64,000 bases of DNA from Trichoplax adhaerens. Lineage: Eukaryota; Animalia; Placozoa. The notes beneath the pieces were generated by a model that did not search any database, was not told the origin of the DNA, and was given only the letters and a program-made list of their open reading frames with translations. Location: positions 6,749,607 to 6,813,606 of the forward strand of contig NW_002060945.1 of NCBI RefSeq assembly GCF_000150275.1, written 5' to 3'. The position numbers and the translations under genes were made by a program. Each line of letters starts with the position of its first letter. Positions within the stretch are counted from its first letter, which is position 1. Shown piece by piece: positions 39,601-53,294 of the stretch.

Positions 39601-42600
39601 GTAATTTTTTATAGAGTAATTTTCAACTTTAATGTTTTCATATTATAATGAATCTTCTACTGATTTGATTGTTATTATCTGATAATATTATACCCTTTCA
39701 GTAGATCCAGTTACTACAACGGTTCCTCCTGCGTCCATAGCAATACTATATACTGAGTTTTTCTGCCCATTTAAAGGCTTGGCTAAAAAATTACATATAA
39801 AGATCGTAAGTGAGTCTCTCTAGGTGAATAATGGCTCTTAAGAAAATATCATATATTTAGTTAATGTGAGGGTACTTTACAGACTGATGTAATCAATAAA
39901 AAACACGTGAGAATAACATAAAGTTAAATCATATAATAATGTGGTCAGTCCTAATACTCTGCTATGATAGAATAATTATATATTGCTGACTTTGTAATGA
40001 TTTTCTCTTTCAATTATCTATGACATTAATATACTTACTTTTTAATACATTATTTGACGGCGTTAAAGCTACTAAAGTAGTTACATCCCATAAATATATT
40101 TGTTTATCGAAGCCTGATGATGCGAATAAGTCTCTTTGCTTAGAATAAGCCAAAGCGCGCACATAGTCGCGATGAGTGTAGAGAGTTGATTGGCAACAGC
40201 CACGAACAGCATCCCACACCTTGACTGTGGTATCAGATGAACCTGAAATAACTATAAGATAGGAAAGAGATGATAAGTATAACATGCTATCCATTCGATT
40301 CGAGTATAAAAGGTAGTAAATATTTAGTTAGTAAATATTATTGTTGTTTTCGAAAGTTATAACAATTTTTGCTACAATATTAATTCAGACATTATCCATA
40401 CTTGTTTTCCCGTTGTGGCATAGTACCAGATCATTTACCCAATCTGAATGATGCTCCATGGATCTGATATATGTTCCCTGGGTAGTAAGAAAAATGAAAT
40501 CCTTGTTATGCTTATTTCTATTTCTTATTATCTATCAATAGATTACATTGCAATCAGTATCGTAAATACGGTTAAAAGAAGTGGATGTGCTATACGATAT
40601 TGCAGTGTAGCGAGAATAGCTATTTCATTAGCAGGTTCAATTACTGTTGACAACTTAGAATGCAAAGAAATAATAGGGTCAATGTTGTTGAAGGTCAGCA
40701 AAACTAGATTGGGTAAAGGAATATAGCGATCGAATAATAAGACTATTACACAATAATAATAATAATTTTAATCAATTCCTATTATGTAAATTTAGCTGTT
40801 AATATCTTCAGCGACCTTAGCATATAACTTATGTTCTACACCTCAAGTTGATGGAGGTATGTATATAATTAGGGCAAAGTTATCTTGCGAACATGCCAAG
40901 ATCGATTTTGTACAAAATTTGATAGAAATAATACATAGTGCCTACGAGTGTTTTAATCTTTGTGTACATGAAACTCATTTAAAAAGTAGTTCAAAGTATT
41001 AGCTTTGATAAGCAGTGGATAGAAATGATCTATCCACTTAATGTAACATTTCAACTTTATACTATTCTTTCCATATTCGACTAATTTAAAAGGTAAATTC
41101 AAAGTACTAGCTTTGATATTAAGTAATAGATGAAAATAATCTATACTTTACTGTAATATTATATTCCATTTTCGTACTATTCTTTCAATGTTCGAGTAAT
41201 TAAAAAGCCTCCTCAAATTATTGCCTTGATAAGCAAAGGATTGCAATAATTTCTCCCCTTTTTATAATTCATCAACTTTTACATTATACTTTCTATAGTT
41301 GACCAATTTAAAAATAGGCTGCAAATATTAACTTTGATAATAAGCAATGGATAGGAATAATCTATCCACTTGTTCTAACTTATCAACTCTTATATTATTC
41401 TTTCCATATTGGACTAAATTAAATTGTCTATTCAATGTATTGGCTTTGATAAGTAATGGACAGAAGCAATAATGTATTTCTCTATTCTAACATGATATTC
41501 CACTATTGTATTCTTCTTTCAATATTCGACTAATTTGAAAAGGATGCTTGAACTATTGCCTTAGATAAGCAATGGATTGAACTAGTTTATCCCCTTATTA
41601 TAACTAATTAACTCTTTTTATTACTCTTGCGCTATTCGATCAATTTTAAAAATAGACTCAAAAGTATTAGCTTTGATAAGTCATGAGTTGAAATAACAAT
41701 TTATTGCTTTGGTATCACTTATCAACTCTACTATTATTCTTCCATAGTTGACGAATTTAAAAGTACGTCTACTCCAATTACAGCATATTATACGCGTCTC
41801 GACAGAGATATATAGTATTACCCTTAAATTACTCGTATGCGAATTGATAGAGTAATCATGTACTGCTTGATTACTCTATTCGTAGTACTTACTCTTGTAT
41901 TATTACAAAAACTGATTACCACTCAGAAATGGGATACTATGAAAGGAAGGTATTGATGGACACGGATAAAAAGAGATGGGGAAACTATTTCATACTATAG
42001 TGTTGAAAAACATTTACTTGCAATGACGCAATAATAGCTGTCGATCCTTGTATACCACTGGTATGTTGTTATTGAGGACTAGATTGTCGCCATCGGAAGG
42101 ATTAATACGAGTATCGTTATTGTATGATGGCAAGTAACGGATTAAAAACGTCTTTGAACCTTGTAAGTGGGTTCATTTATTTCTTGAACAAAACATGATA
42201 TTAACAAACATACGAGTCTACTGTAAGATTGTACGGGGGGGTAGGCATTGGTAGAAGACGAAGCAGCGGTCGATTCTGAAAGGCTTGATAATATGTAGTA
42301 GTCCACCTATCAACGATAGACTTATCTAGTGGAAAACTGCTACTATGATAAAGCTAGTATGACTATTTATAAGTGGAAAAAGGGGTAATAAAGTATGTTT
42401 TCAGTCGCACCTAAGCGATAAATTATGATTGCCTGAATGAAGGAAAAAGTGAATGCAGATACAATGATTGAAATGGTGATCCATGCGTGGCTTAATACTC
42501 CCAACTAGTATGGAATGACATTGTATTGACGTCTGCCTCTTCTATCCTAATACTATCGCTATCCCATTGTGTACCCTATTAGTCTAGATGAACGATCCTA

Positions 42601-43334
42601 TCGGAAAGAATAGATGGATCGATTGATAGATGATGATTGAAATCAATCAATCCATGTCTAGTGCAGTCATTGAGAGCAGATCGCCCCAAAAAGATTGGTT
42701 GAAGATACCAATTTGTCGTTGTGTATAAAGATGAAAATAGCCTACTGTAAAACAAGCCATTCCTGCAAGCTAATGGGTCGATTTTAGCCCTTTTCAAAGT
42801 TGGTAGTATCCTATTGTCACTATTTGCAAAGTAAAGTAATGCATAGCAGGACATGGTTGATCGTTGTTATCGACACCTTGTCGCCATGATCCAAGTTGCA
42901 AGTTGTCCGCCATGGAGAGACACCCCCTAGCGTATCGCATCAACAAGGTTGCAAGGATACTTGGTTCAACCTGTCTCTCTCTCTACGATTATGATATGAT
43001 AGCACTGGAATGAAGCCACGATCACTCTCTGTATGGACTGTCTTGCATCATGCAATTGATACTATCGCCATCTTTGTTGGCCCTAATTGGCATTTTCTAG
43101 AGTAGAAAAGAAAGCAAAACACCAACTTACCTCATCATTGGAGACGTTCCAACATCGAATAATTGAATCCCTACAAGCTGTGTAGAGGTAATTATTATTT
43201 TGATCAATCTGTAGTGCGTTGATACCGGAACGATGACGCCTTTCCGATTCATCACGAATGGTAAAGGTCAAAATAGTTTTAACTTTGTGGTTGTTGGTGT
43301 ATCCACGGCTGGAATTATAATGATTACTGGCCAT
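36677..43334 (-). CDS. WDR48: WD repeat protein 48 / USP1-associated factor 1 (multi-exon)
   Basis: HRSGINALQ...[47 protein letters not shown], and C-terminal [21 protein letters not shown]. Confidence 0.96.
40985..41765. repeat. Degenerate ~111-bp satellite, 7 units, in WDR48 intron 1
   Basis: The anchor (c/t)ttgata(ag) recurs at about 41005, 41113, 41226, 41334, 41446, 41561 and 41673. Confidence 0.85.
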
Positions 43335-43534
43335 ATTTCTTCATTTTAATCGCCTCTCCTGTTTACTCCCCAACAATTGGACAAGAACGAAGGTTGCGCT
43401 CGCCTACAAAGCGCTGCCTTCCAACCATCCATCCGTCCCACGCGCCTGCCTACTACGGTAGTGCCTGGTCTCCACTCCTGGTCAGTGTATCGTGGAGCAG
43501 ATTGAGCCCGGTGTAATCCACTGCATCATCGAAT

Positions 43535-45272
43535 GTACCGTCATGGCATACTGTACGACTTGGACAAGTCCACCGTACGGTACAGTACCGTACAGTACAA
43601 TAGCCATCGTACTACTGTACTATGTACTGTAGTAAGAGACTGTAGACTGGAAAAACAAGCCACACTATACAGTACAGTTCTTCTATTGAAAGTAGTGTTC
43701 TGTTGGGACCATAAGGTGAAGCTGCGGAACTGGATGATTTGCTTCCTTTTGTGACGGCAGTGGGGCAGTACAGTACTTTTACTCTCTGGCTACAGTATTC
43801 GTACTGTAACTTGTGTATTGTAGTACTGTAATAATCTACAGTACTGTACAGTCAGGTACAGTACTTTTACTCCCTGACTACAGTATTCGTACTGTAACTC
43901 TTGCAACTCTTGTACTGTAACTCTTGTAACTCTTCTTACTCCCTGACTACAGTACAGTATTCGTACTATAATTCGTGTATTGTAGTACTGTAATCGACAG
44001 TCCAGTACAGTACTGTATGTACTGTACTTTTACTGCCTGACTACAGTATTTAAACTGTAATTCCTGTATTGTAGTACTGTACACTGTACCGTACAGTACT
44101 GTACTGTACTGTAATCTGCAGTCCGGTACAGTACTTTTACTCCCTGACTACAGTATTCGTACTGTAATTCACTGTCAGATCACGATCAGGGACTACTGTA
44201 CAGTACAGTACTCGACTCATGAGTGGATTGACTCACTTCTCAAGTCACACTACAACTGTCCGTCACAGAGAAATGACTGAGGAACTACGGTACAGTACTG
44301 TACAGTATAAACTGACAGTGAAAGGTCTAGACAGTGTACTGTACTGTACTGTACAGTACAAAGAAAATGCGCCATCCTACAGTACAGTACAGTATACTGT
44401 ATGACTTTTGCGGACTGAGGCTGCAAGTTACTGTTCGTCCGTCCAGGCGTAGCGATCCATCTGTCGACACAACAGTCTACAGCACAGTACTGTATAGAAA
44501 TTGGCCATTGACAGAGACATGACACCGTTCAGTACACTGCAGTACAGTACTGTATGTTGCATTAGTACAGTACAATACCACGGACTACTGTACAGTACTG
44601 TACTGTACTGTACGTGCAATGTAAAGAGACTGTACAGTGTACTGTACTGTACTGTACATTGTCGAGTGTACGCACTACGCAGTATCATACTGTATCATAC
44701 TGTACTGTACAGTATGATATGATAGAGCATGGTTTGAATCGAACCTTTCTCAGGTCTATCAGTATCCATGAGAGATTGAGTGAACTGATATACAGTACAT
44801 TGTACAGTAGACTGTACTCTACAGTGTGCAGTACTGTACTATTTCCAAGGGAACATCGCAACAGACCTGCAGTGGATAATACTCACTCTACTCACACTAG
44901 GCCTTGTTAACACAGTCCAATCGTGTACAGTGTACAGTACAGTATACAGTACAGTATACAGTACAGTACTGTACAGTTAGACAGTAAACCGAACATACTG
45001 TACAGTACTGTCGATAGACTGACCAACTCATTGAGTGAACTGATGTACAGTACATTGTACAGTAGACTGTACTCTACAGTGTGCAGTACTGTACTATTTC
45101 CAAGGGAACAACGCAACAGACCTGCAGTGGATAAAACTCACTCTACTCACCCTAGGCCTTGTTAACGCAGTCCAATCGTGTACAGTGTACAGTACAGTAC
45201 AGTATACAGTACAGTACTGTACAGTTGGACAGTAAACTGAACATACTGTACTGTCGATAGACTGACCAACTC
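43535..45272. repeat. TACAG/CTGTA-rich array between divergent WDR48 and NDUFB2 starts
   Basis: Dense tacagtactgta units. About five copies of cagtacttttactccctgactacagtattcgtactgtaa at 43770-44170. A 255-bp tandem duplication at 44775-45029 / 45030-45272. Confidence 0.9.
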
Positions 45273-45908
45273 TGGAAAAGGACGGACTGCTTCAACGGTG
45301 TGCTGTCGACGCCGTTTCTCCTCCAACTTCTCCGCAGCTGGCTAGTCCTGTTGCTCATCTCTTTTTCTACCTTCAAAACATTACTGGTAGGTTATTCAAC
45401 TTGTTGTCTTTTTAATAAATAAAACCACGTAGCGCTGTCCAATAAACTACTGACTGTAATGACGTATGATATGGAATCAGCAACCCTCATGTGTACAACA
45501 TAGCCAAGTCAATGTAGCGCGCACCACGCCATGTTTACCCTGTTGATGACTGTTCATCATGAACGTCTGCAGCAGTCTTCCAATAGTTTGCTCAGCAAAC
45601 GCATTCCAATTCGATCCTTCTAAGGCGATAGTGGTTCATGACGTTATCCCTTATAAGTAGCTTGTATCATACGTATCTATCCAATGAATCGATTCATGTT
45701 CATTGCGATCATTATTTTACACTCACTAGCGTTAACTTCGATCATTTTCAACTAAACAAACGACGACAATAGCGTATCAATTAAAAACAATCCATGCTAA
45801 TCAACTGTAGACAAGCTATCGTAATGTACAGCTACAAAAGCCATCCATAACATTTTGCTATACATTAATGCCAATATCATCAATTCTTTCAATTTTAGAT
45901 CCAATACA

Positions 45909-46324
45909 ATGAGGCGGGCTATCGTATTACCTCCGCCTCAATTTAGGCAGGTATTTTTATCCAAATTTTTTGGTGGCATGATGTGGTTTTGGATGATGTG
46001 GCGATGTAAACATGATTGGAGAGATACTTTGGTGAGTTGATCCTTACTAATGTATATACATAAGTTAATATCGACTGATATATGGAAATGGATAATTGTA
46101 CTACATCATTGTATCGAGCGTAATCCTGAATTTCAGAAATTGGACAGAGTCATTCACTTGCTAACCTTATCGTTCAATTTGTACAATTTACTACCATCAA
46201 CCTATTTACTTTGCTATGCTATGAATAGGACTCGATCCTAAAAGTTTAAATAATTCTATTATAGGGATTGGAACATCATTGGTCACTTGAAGTATATGAA
46301 AAGAGGCACAAACATAGTGAATAA
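45909..46324 (+). CDS. NDUFB2: NADH:ubiquinone oxidoreductase subunit B2 (AGGG), 60 aa, 2 coding exons (45909-46031, 46265-46324)
   Basis: MRRAIVLPPPQFRQVFLSKFFGGMMWFWMMWRCKHDWRDTL|GLEHHWSLEVYEKRHKHSE*. It carries the MWFWxxWRxxHD hallmark. Confidence 0.85.
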
Positions 46325-46759
46325 TATACAGTAAATGTTCTCCTAACGCATGCCGTCCTAAATATTAGTTACCAATTGTAAGCAATCTTTGATCATTTCA
46401 AGTACGCATAGCAATCAGCTGGTGAATCATCCTACCAGTTACACTTTTCTTGTTTACATGTCAAATTCGTTTTGCTACTGAAGCAACTAATGATAACACC
46501 ATGTTACTATATTCGATAATAGCCTAAATTACAATTTTGCTGTTATGACTTTGGTCAACGTTCAAGAAAGCAACCTGTCAAATTGCTCTCTTCCGTAATA
46601 CAGTACTATACTATCCTGGAAGAGAAAGACAATTTTTCGGGGATATTATCTCTGTGTTGTACAGTGTGCATGCGTGTCTCTATGTCGCTAAAACTCTGTT
46701 ATACAATCTACGTAAAAACAATTTGGTTCAAAATAAAGTAAAGCTTGCTCTAATTTTCA

Positions 46760-47067
46760 GCGATAAGATGAAAACATTGGATATCCAGTAATTGGTTCGT
46801 ACTTTTTCAGAATAGCTCGGTACCCTGGTCATAAATGTAACTATGAAAGCCATGATAGCTCATCTGATACTTTATTTATCATTTTACTCATGCTCTCTAA
46901 AAAATTTTAACCAAACCCTTTGCGATAAGATGAAAACATACGATATCAAGTAATTGTTCATACTTTTCACAATAACTAGGTACCGCGGTCATTGACGTAA
47001 ATATGAAAGCTATGATAGCAAATCTTATACTTTATTTATCATTATTCATGCTTTCTAAAATTTCAAC
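46760..47067. repeat. Two-copy tandem duplication, period ~162 bp, between convergent 3' ends
   Basis: gcgataagatgaaaacat...ggtacc...tatgaaagc.atgatagc...atactttatttatcatt starts at 46760 and 46922. Confidence 0.9.
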
Positions 47068-47528
47068 AAAGAGTTAAAAAGAAACTCGATTAAGGCTACA
47101 AAATTTGAGTCAATCAATATAGAAATAATCTTCAAAAAATTCACCGACCAAATAATTATAAATTTGCTATCCTACATTATTTCCCAAAAACCTCACTGGG
47201 GTATGTACGCCGTAAATACAGCATTGAAATGCAGTCCGCCATGAAATATAGAATCTTATATTCGAGAAATTTAAATTTTTCGATAGTATTACACAAATCA
47301 TTAAAGTATATCGATACAAGACTGGGTTTATAATACAGTAAATTTATACAACATCCCTTACAATGATGTTAACAAAGTGAAGGAAATCGAACAATATAGT
47401 AGTATTCGTTATATGTTTAATTTACTATGAAATAGGTGCAATACTATGATCTAAATAGAGCTAAAACGATTTCGGTAGGACTAGCATGAATAAAATATTT
47501 CAGCGACCCCATTTAATGTTGTGTCCTG

Positions 47529-50311
47529 TTACTTATCAGTTTTCGTTACTATATCGGAATAATCCTTCAGCGTATCCTTATCAAGATGAGTATTAGTAAA
47601 CTTGAATTGGCGAGACCTTTTCGATTGCCTAGGATTTTTGCGCGGTGGTGCCTTTACATAACAAAAAAGAAGATATAGCTTTACACTAGACTATATTGAG
47701 TTAAAATGCGTAGCAATTATCGTACATTTAAAATTAAAAATCATACATTAAACTGTCACCAATTACCAGACTAGTATTTAAATACAAAATTGATAGTATA
47801 CACATTGGTCAAGTGTTTTCATAGAAAAGATAACTTCAGTACAAGGTAAGATGCTACGACAAAAGTTGACACCCTCAGCACAAAACTAACATCGGCAGTT
47901 GAAAATTATCCCATCGATCACTTACTTTTCTTTTGGTGCGACCTGAATCTTCCATGACAGTTATTCCAGCTAAATAAATTCGATAAATTAGAGGATACTC
48001 GCAATTACTCTCAACACTGTAAGAATGTCATGCTAATCAAGAGTAATCTGCTATCGCGATTACGCATTGCTACATTACCCTTTTTGAGGTACACTTCGAT
48101 ATCGATTTCAGATACATCTACACTAACGCTATACCACAATTGTTTAAATTCTACAGAAAGTAGAAATGTAAACCATTTCGCGTTACTTAACAGCAAATCT
48201 GATTTTTATCAATGCAAACTCTGACTACCTTCGGATACGTCAAACTTATTCTTGATATCATTGAAGTATATGACTTGTTTTTTATCATTCGGTCTGGTAA
48301 GGATAGTAACCGAGTCATCTAGATTCTTTATGGTACAAATATCAATTGGTATTTCTATGAGAAGTAGCTTCGTAATACCCGTTATAAAATGGGCACAGTC
48401 GAATCTATATACGTATTTATTATTAAGCACCTTCTACGCATACTTATGAAAGATCAAAAGTTATAATTCTGTACTATCGAACTTTAGAATTGAATAAAAA
48501 GAGTAACCTTTATTATGTTTTCAGAGTTGGGCAAACTTTCCTTCACATCATCAATATAAACGCCACCTAAGCCATTCTCATAACGTTTCTTTAAAAATCG
48601 ATAGAGCTGTTTCTTACTCTTGATATCGAATTTTGGCTAAAAGTATAACAAAGATAAAACTGATGCATTACGTTTGATTTCAATTAACATCATCTAATAT
48701 ACAACTTGAAATACTGTAGTAACTATCCGATCGTTAATGCAGTACCAATACCATGTCACACAATTTAAAGCTACTAACTATTCTTAACTAACTAGCAACA
48801 AGACAATGATAGCCAATAAAGATTTCATGCTTTGTAATACCTTGAATTTGAATTTACCATCTTGAATACTTATCTTCTCATTATTTACTAAAGCCTAAAT
48901 AGATGGTAGGTATTTGTCATGTTAGGCATAAGCAGTCTAGTAATATTACAAATATTACTCAGACAATTACAAAGCAGCATCAATGCTTACAAATTGATCT
49001 GCTACTGAAATATTTCACCATCAATATCAAAATTATGTAGCATATGATGCTACAATAATACCAACAGTTATAGCATAACATTTGTAATATTTGTAGTTGT
49101 GTGGTAAGCTTACATGCTTTGCGAGCCAATCTTTGTCGGTAGATTCAATATCGGTAGTCTGAGTTCGATCAAGTAATTCATCAAGAGACAGTGGAGAATT
49201 TTCACCATATTGGTAGCGTTCCTATAGAGGCAACGCAAAAAAGTAAGCGTATTAGCGAAAAGAAGCCCACTACTAACATTCCTCTCGGTATACATCATAA
49301 ACTCTACTTACTTTCATGTAATTAACAATCTTATTTAATACCCCAAATCTACTCCGCGATCGTCCAGTAGTTAGCTTATAATTATATGATTTACTTCCTA
49401 GAAAGTAACAAGTCAGGTAAAGATTTTACAAAGTATTCACTTAATACTTGAAGTATGAATAGTAAATATCCAGTGTAATAACATGCATTGTAATTAATGA
49501 CTCTCTGTCGGAGTGTCGGTGAAGCAGTAAATCGTTTACAGTCTATGACTAGCTTCCACGACAGAAAACGAAAAGCAATCTACAGTCTTGGACAGGATAA
49601 TTGTCACTCACTGCTTCAATTTACTGTATCAATGATTAACAATTCATCCATTTATTATACTTTTGTAGGTAAAGCTACGGAAAAATCTTGTTTATTTGTT
49701 AGTGATTATGTTAAACAGGATGAAGGATTGATATATCTATAAATTTGAAAGTGCCTTAAGTTCAGTAGGAGACTATAATTGTAAGACTCTTTTTTTAAAG
49801 TCATCCTGCTAAGTTCCTATACCACTAGTGCGAGTGTTCTCCTATCTATTAGAGTAGTTACTGTAACAAATTAATGCATATTTTGATTACGATGGCGCAG
49901 TGACCTTCAAAGTAGTCATCTTTCTGCCAATCACATATATACTGTACGAGTATCTATCATGCTCAATTCTTTAGCAGATTACAGCGTTAGGACTAGGAGA
50001 TCGATTTATAGAAATAACATGCCCTCTAATCTAATCCATGCTAGCGCATCCCTGTAGTAGTTACAATTACAATAAATCCATACTAATTTAGCCATAGCAT
50101 CCATTGACAGCCTTTCGTCGATAATTTAATACATTACTGTATGGTCGTGAGCAATATTGGTACCTGATGTTGCAGGAGTTGAAGTAAATGTTTTAACTGA
50201 TTTCTCGGGCTTGAATTTAGTAACCGGTTGAGATTTCCTTTTCTCCACACTTGGCTGAGCCAATTGGCGGTTAATAAATTTTTGACGTTCTTTAACTAAT
50301 GCCGGATCCAT
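47529..50311 (-). CDS. GTF2E2: General transcription factor IIE beta subunit (9 coding exons)
   Basis: MDPALVKERQKF...VEKRK, FGVLNKIVNYMK, PLSLDELLD, ALVNNEKI, GLGGVYIDDVKESLPN, EEFKQLW and FKFTNTHL. Confidence 0.95.
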
Positions 50312-50909
50312 TGGAGTTATTTCTTGTTCAATGAGACGTAATATAAGAAAATGAAGGTAAAAGGAACTAGAGAATGAATGATAATACTGGAAGGGTTAAA
50401 ATATTACTGTAAACTACTGAATCATTATCCCTATTGAAGTACTGGCAACGATCAAATTTGGCCAATATTGGTACTGCGTTCGAACAAGCAATCGCTAAAA
50501 GAGGATGCAGGCATTCAGTGTGTAATGTTCAGGTCCGGTGATGGACGTACTTCTGTCCGCGTTTTCTCTCTTTAGAACTCTTTTAGAGGTCCATAAAAAA
50601 TATTGATCAAGATTCTCTTCAAGAAGAAGCCCATGCCTTGAATGACAAAAAGAGCTCAGTCCTGTTGTTTCATATATATTGAGTACACTATGAACAGAAT
50701 GACTGCTTTCATACAGTATATACAGTACTGTGTCAGACAGTATTTAAAACTATCGTCTAGCCCAGCTGGCAAAGCCTTTTACTGTACAGTATGTGATAGA
50801 AAGACCGACATGATACAGTAGAGTTGAATACACTAACACGAGCAATAGGGTTCCAGGTTGAAAGTGCAAATCCAAATTTTCCAAATTGATCATTGCAGCA
50901 ATAATACAT

Positions 50910-51180
50910 ACTACAACTTCAACTCATTTATGGAATTAAGTAGAGAGAAATGATGCTACTGTAAGGTATCATGCAGTGTACAAAGGCGTTTCTTTTCAAG
51001 TGAATCTAGTTTTAGCGTAGCTGAACTCTGTAAACAGTCCATTTGACTACAACTTGAACTCGTTTATGGAATCAAGTAGAGAGAGACGATGATACTAGAA
51101 GGTATCATGCAGTGTACAAAAGCGTTTCTTTTTAAGGGAATCTAGTTTTAGCGTAGCTGAACACTGTAAATAGTCCATTT
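50910..51180. repeat. Two-copy tandem duplication, period ~136 bp
   Basis: actacaactt.aactc.tttatggaat.aagtagagaga...gaatctagttttagcgtagctgaac.ctgtaaa.agtccattt starts at 50910 and 51046. Confidence 0.92.
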
Positions 51181-53294
51181 TATACAATATAATATCATTA
51201 ATGGTCGTCAATATTGCACTGACTTATCATAAAGTCGAAATTCTTCTACAATCATAGGCTTGTATATATACCACTATTAAGAACACTAATGTATTACCGT
51301 GTATTCGAAGAATGGACTAAGAAATAAAAATCGTCAAAATATCGATTTGTAGAATATATAGAGTATTAACGATAAGCACAAGTGATCGAATATTACGGCA
51401 TTAATTATTATAATTATACACGCATTGTATACGCGTATAGTATATCGAGAATTATACAGCAGTTATTTATTATACAGTATAATGTACGTATATTGTATAA
51501 ATTAACGTCCGCATATATACTGAATAATGGCTTATTTCCATCGGTGTGTTACATTTTAAATCTATAAATATATAAAATCCAATCTTACCGCAGTAGAACC
51601 TGAATTTGTCATGAATATCGTGTAGATTTGTAATAAATTGTAAATTTCTCTACGATGGCAGTGTTACAAATAACCAACTGGGCACAGTACAGCATATTAG
51701 AAAGATAAGGAATAAATCATCAAAATATTGACGGGAATATCCAGGGGTTAACATACATGTGTGGCTAAATTGTTAAAACTATTTATAGCTCTTCAACTAT
51801 AATTTTCAATAGCTCCTTATTTAAATCTTCACTGCATAACCTATTACTTTCTGTATTTATTTTTTATAAATACAGAATTGATGTACAGTATGCGTATGTT
51901 ACGTTATGATATACGAGCACATAACAACTATACGTATTGCACACTATGCACAGATGTGTAGTGTAGGGGCTAGGAAAAATAGCCGCATAAGTACATTTAA
52001 ATATGCATATAGCCTGCTTATAGCAAAGTATACCAGTGTGTGTCCGCATGCTTATTTCACATCGAGCTATTTTGCACATATGATTGCGGTGTCTATAGTA
52101 CATTGGCAACATTAAAAATATAGATATTAACAATTTATTTGAAAAAGGCCTTTATTACCGCCTTATTGATCATCGAGAGAAATCATAACCCCACTTAATT
52201 ATATATTTAACAATTATTTATCTCAACCGCATGTTACGTTTTACACATATAAAAATAAGTATATTGACCAATTTACAATAGGTGCTATAAAAGGTGGATG
52301 AGTGAGCATTATGAATGCATGTGGGACTAACGCTCATGGCACATTGTATTAGGAAAGTATTACATTATGCCATACCAAACGATAATTACAGCACAGTAAT
52401 ATCTTGTGTACGTATATACGTATATACGTATACAAAATATATTTATTGTGCAGCATATCATAATATTGGTGTAATGGGACGCTGATAATATAATTATAAT
52501 TAATATATCAAATATCTAGATGTTTATAATGATGATGTGTAAGGTATAAAATAGAATATTATATTATGAAAAACATAGCAAGAAAATAAAAAGTTAGTAT
52601 CGTAGAAACGTGAGAATGCACATATAAAATAGTAGCAGTGTACATTAGCATATCTACCAATGCTATTAGCAATGTACATCTTAGTATAATTAATAGCAAA
52701 AGAATATCCCTCAAGGCCTTTAATATACAGTAAAATACCTTAGATACGTACGTATTCAAGCTGACACAGCATAATCGATCATAATGTTGTATCAAATGTA
52801 TCAGAATAACTTTTATACCAGCTATGCATATGCAAAGGAACAACGAATAACCAACGATTTATCGGGATAAGCTCAATAACCAATTTGATAAAGCCACCCA
52901 TTGTAGCATAATAGTCATTTAAGAGCAATACATAACATCATGCAGCGATAAAATGGCGAAAGTCGATTATTGGAAATCGTAATTAATTCAGCAATATTTG
53001 TATGACATATTTTCTTATACTATTGAAGGAACATTTTTTAATTACACTTTTAGTACTACGGTATACAGTATAGTAAAACCTTTTATATCGTTGCGATAGT
53101 AATTTTTAATAATAAAGCAAAAATCATTATCTACAAGTTGAATAGATGGAATGTATAACTGTAGGAAAGACGAGTACATGATATTATTGACATTCTATGG
53201 AATAAATCCCGTATCCAGCTTACTTCGCTATCTTTAATATAGCTAAGAGATGAGCATTTGGGGAGATAGAAAGAACGTATAATCGAGAGTGTTA

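Noticed and set aside
50949-51160. C/D snoRNA-like ATGATG...CTGA in the 136-bp duplication
   Set aside because: The C box is imperfect and differs between copies, there is no terminal stem or recognisable guide, and it is not intronic.
52391-52451. Imperfect ~60-bp hairpin centred on tacgtatatacgta
   Set aside because: It is built on a self-complementary simple repeat, with no evidence for an RNA gene.
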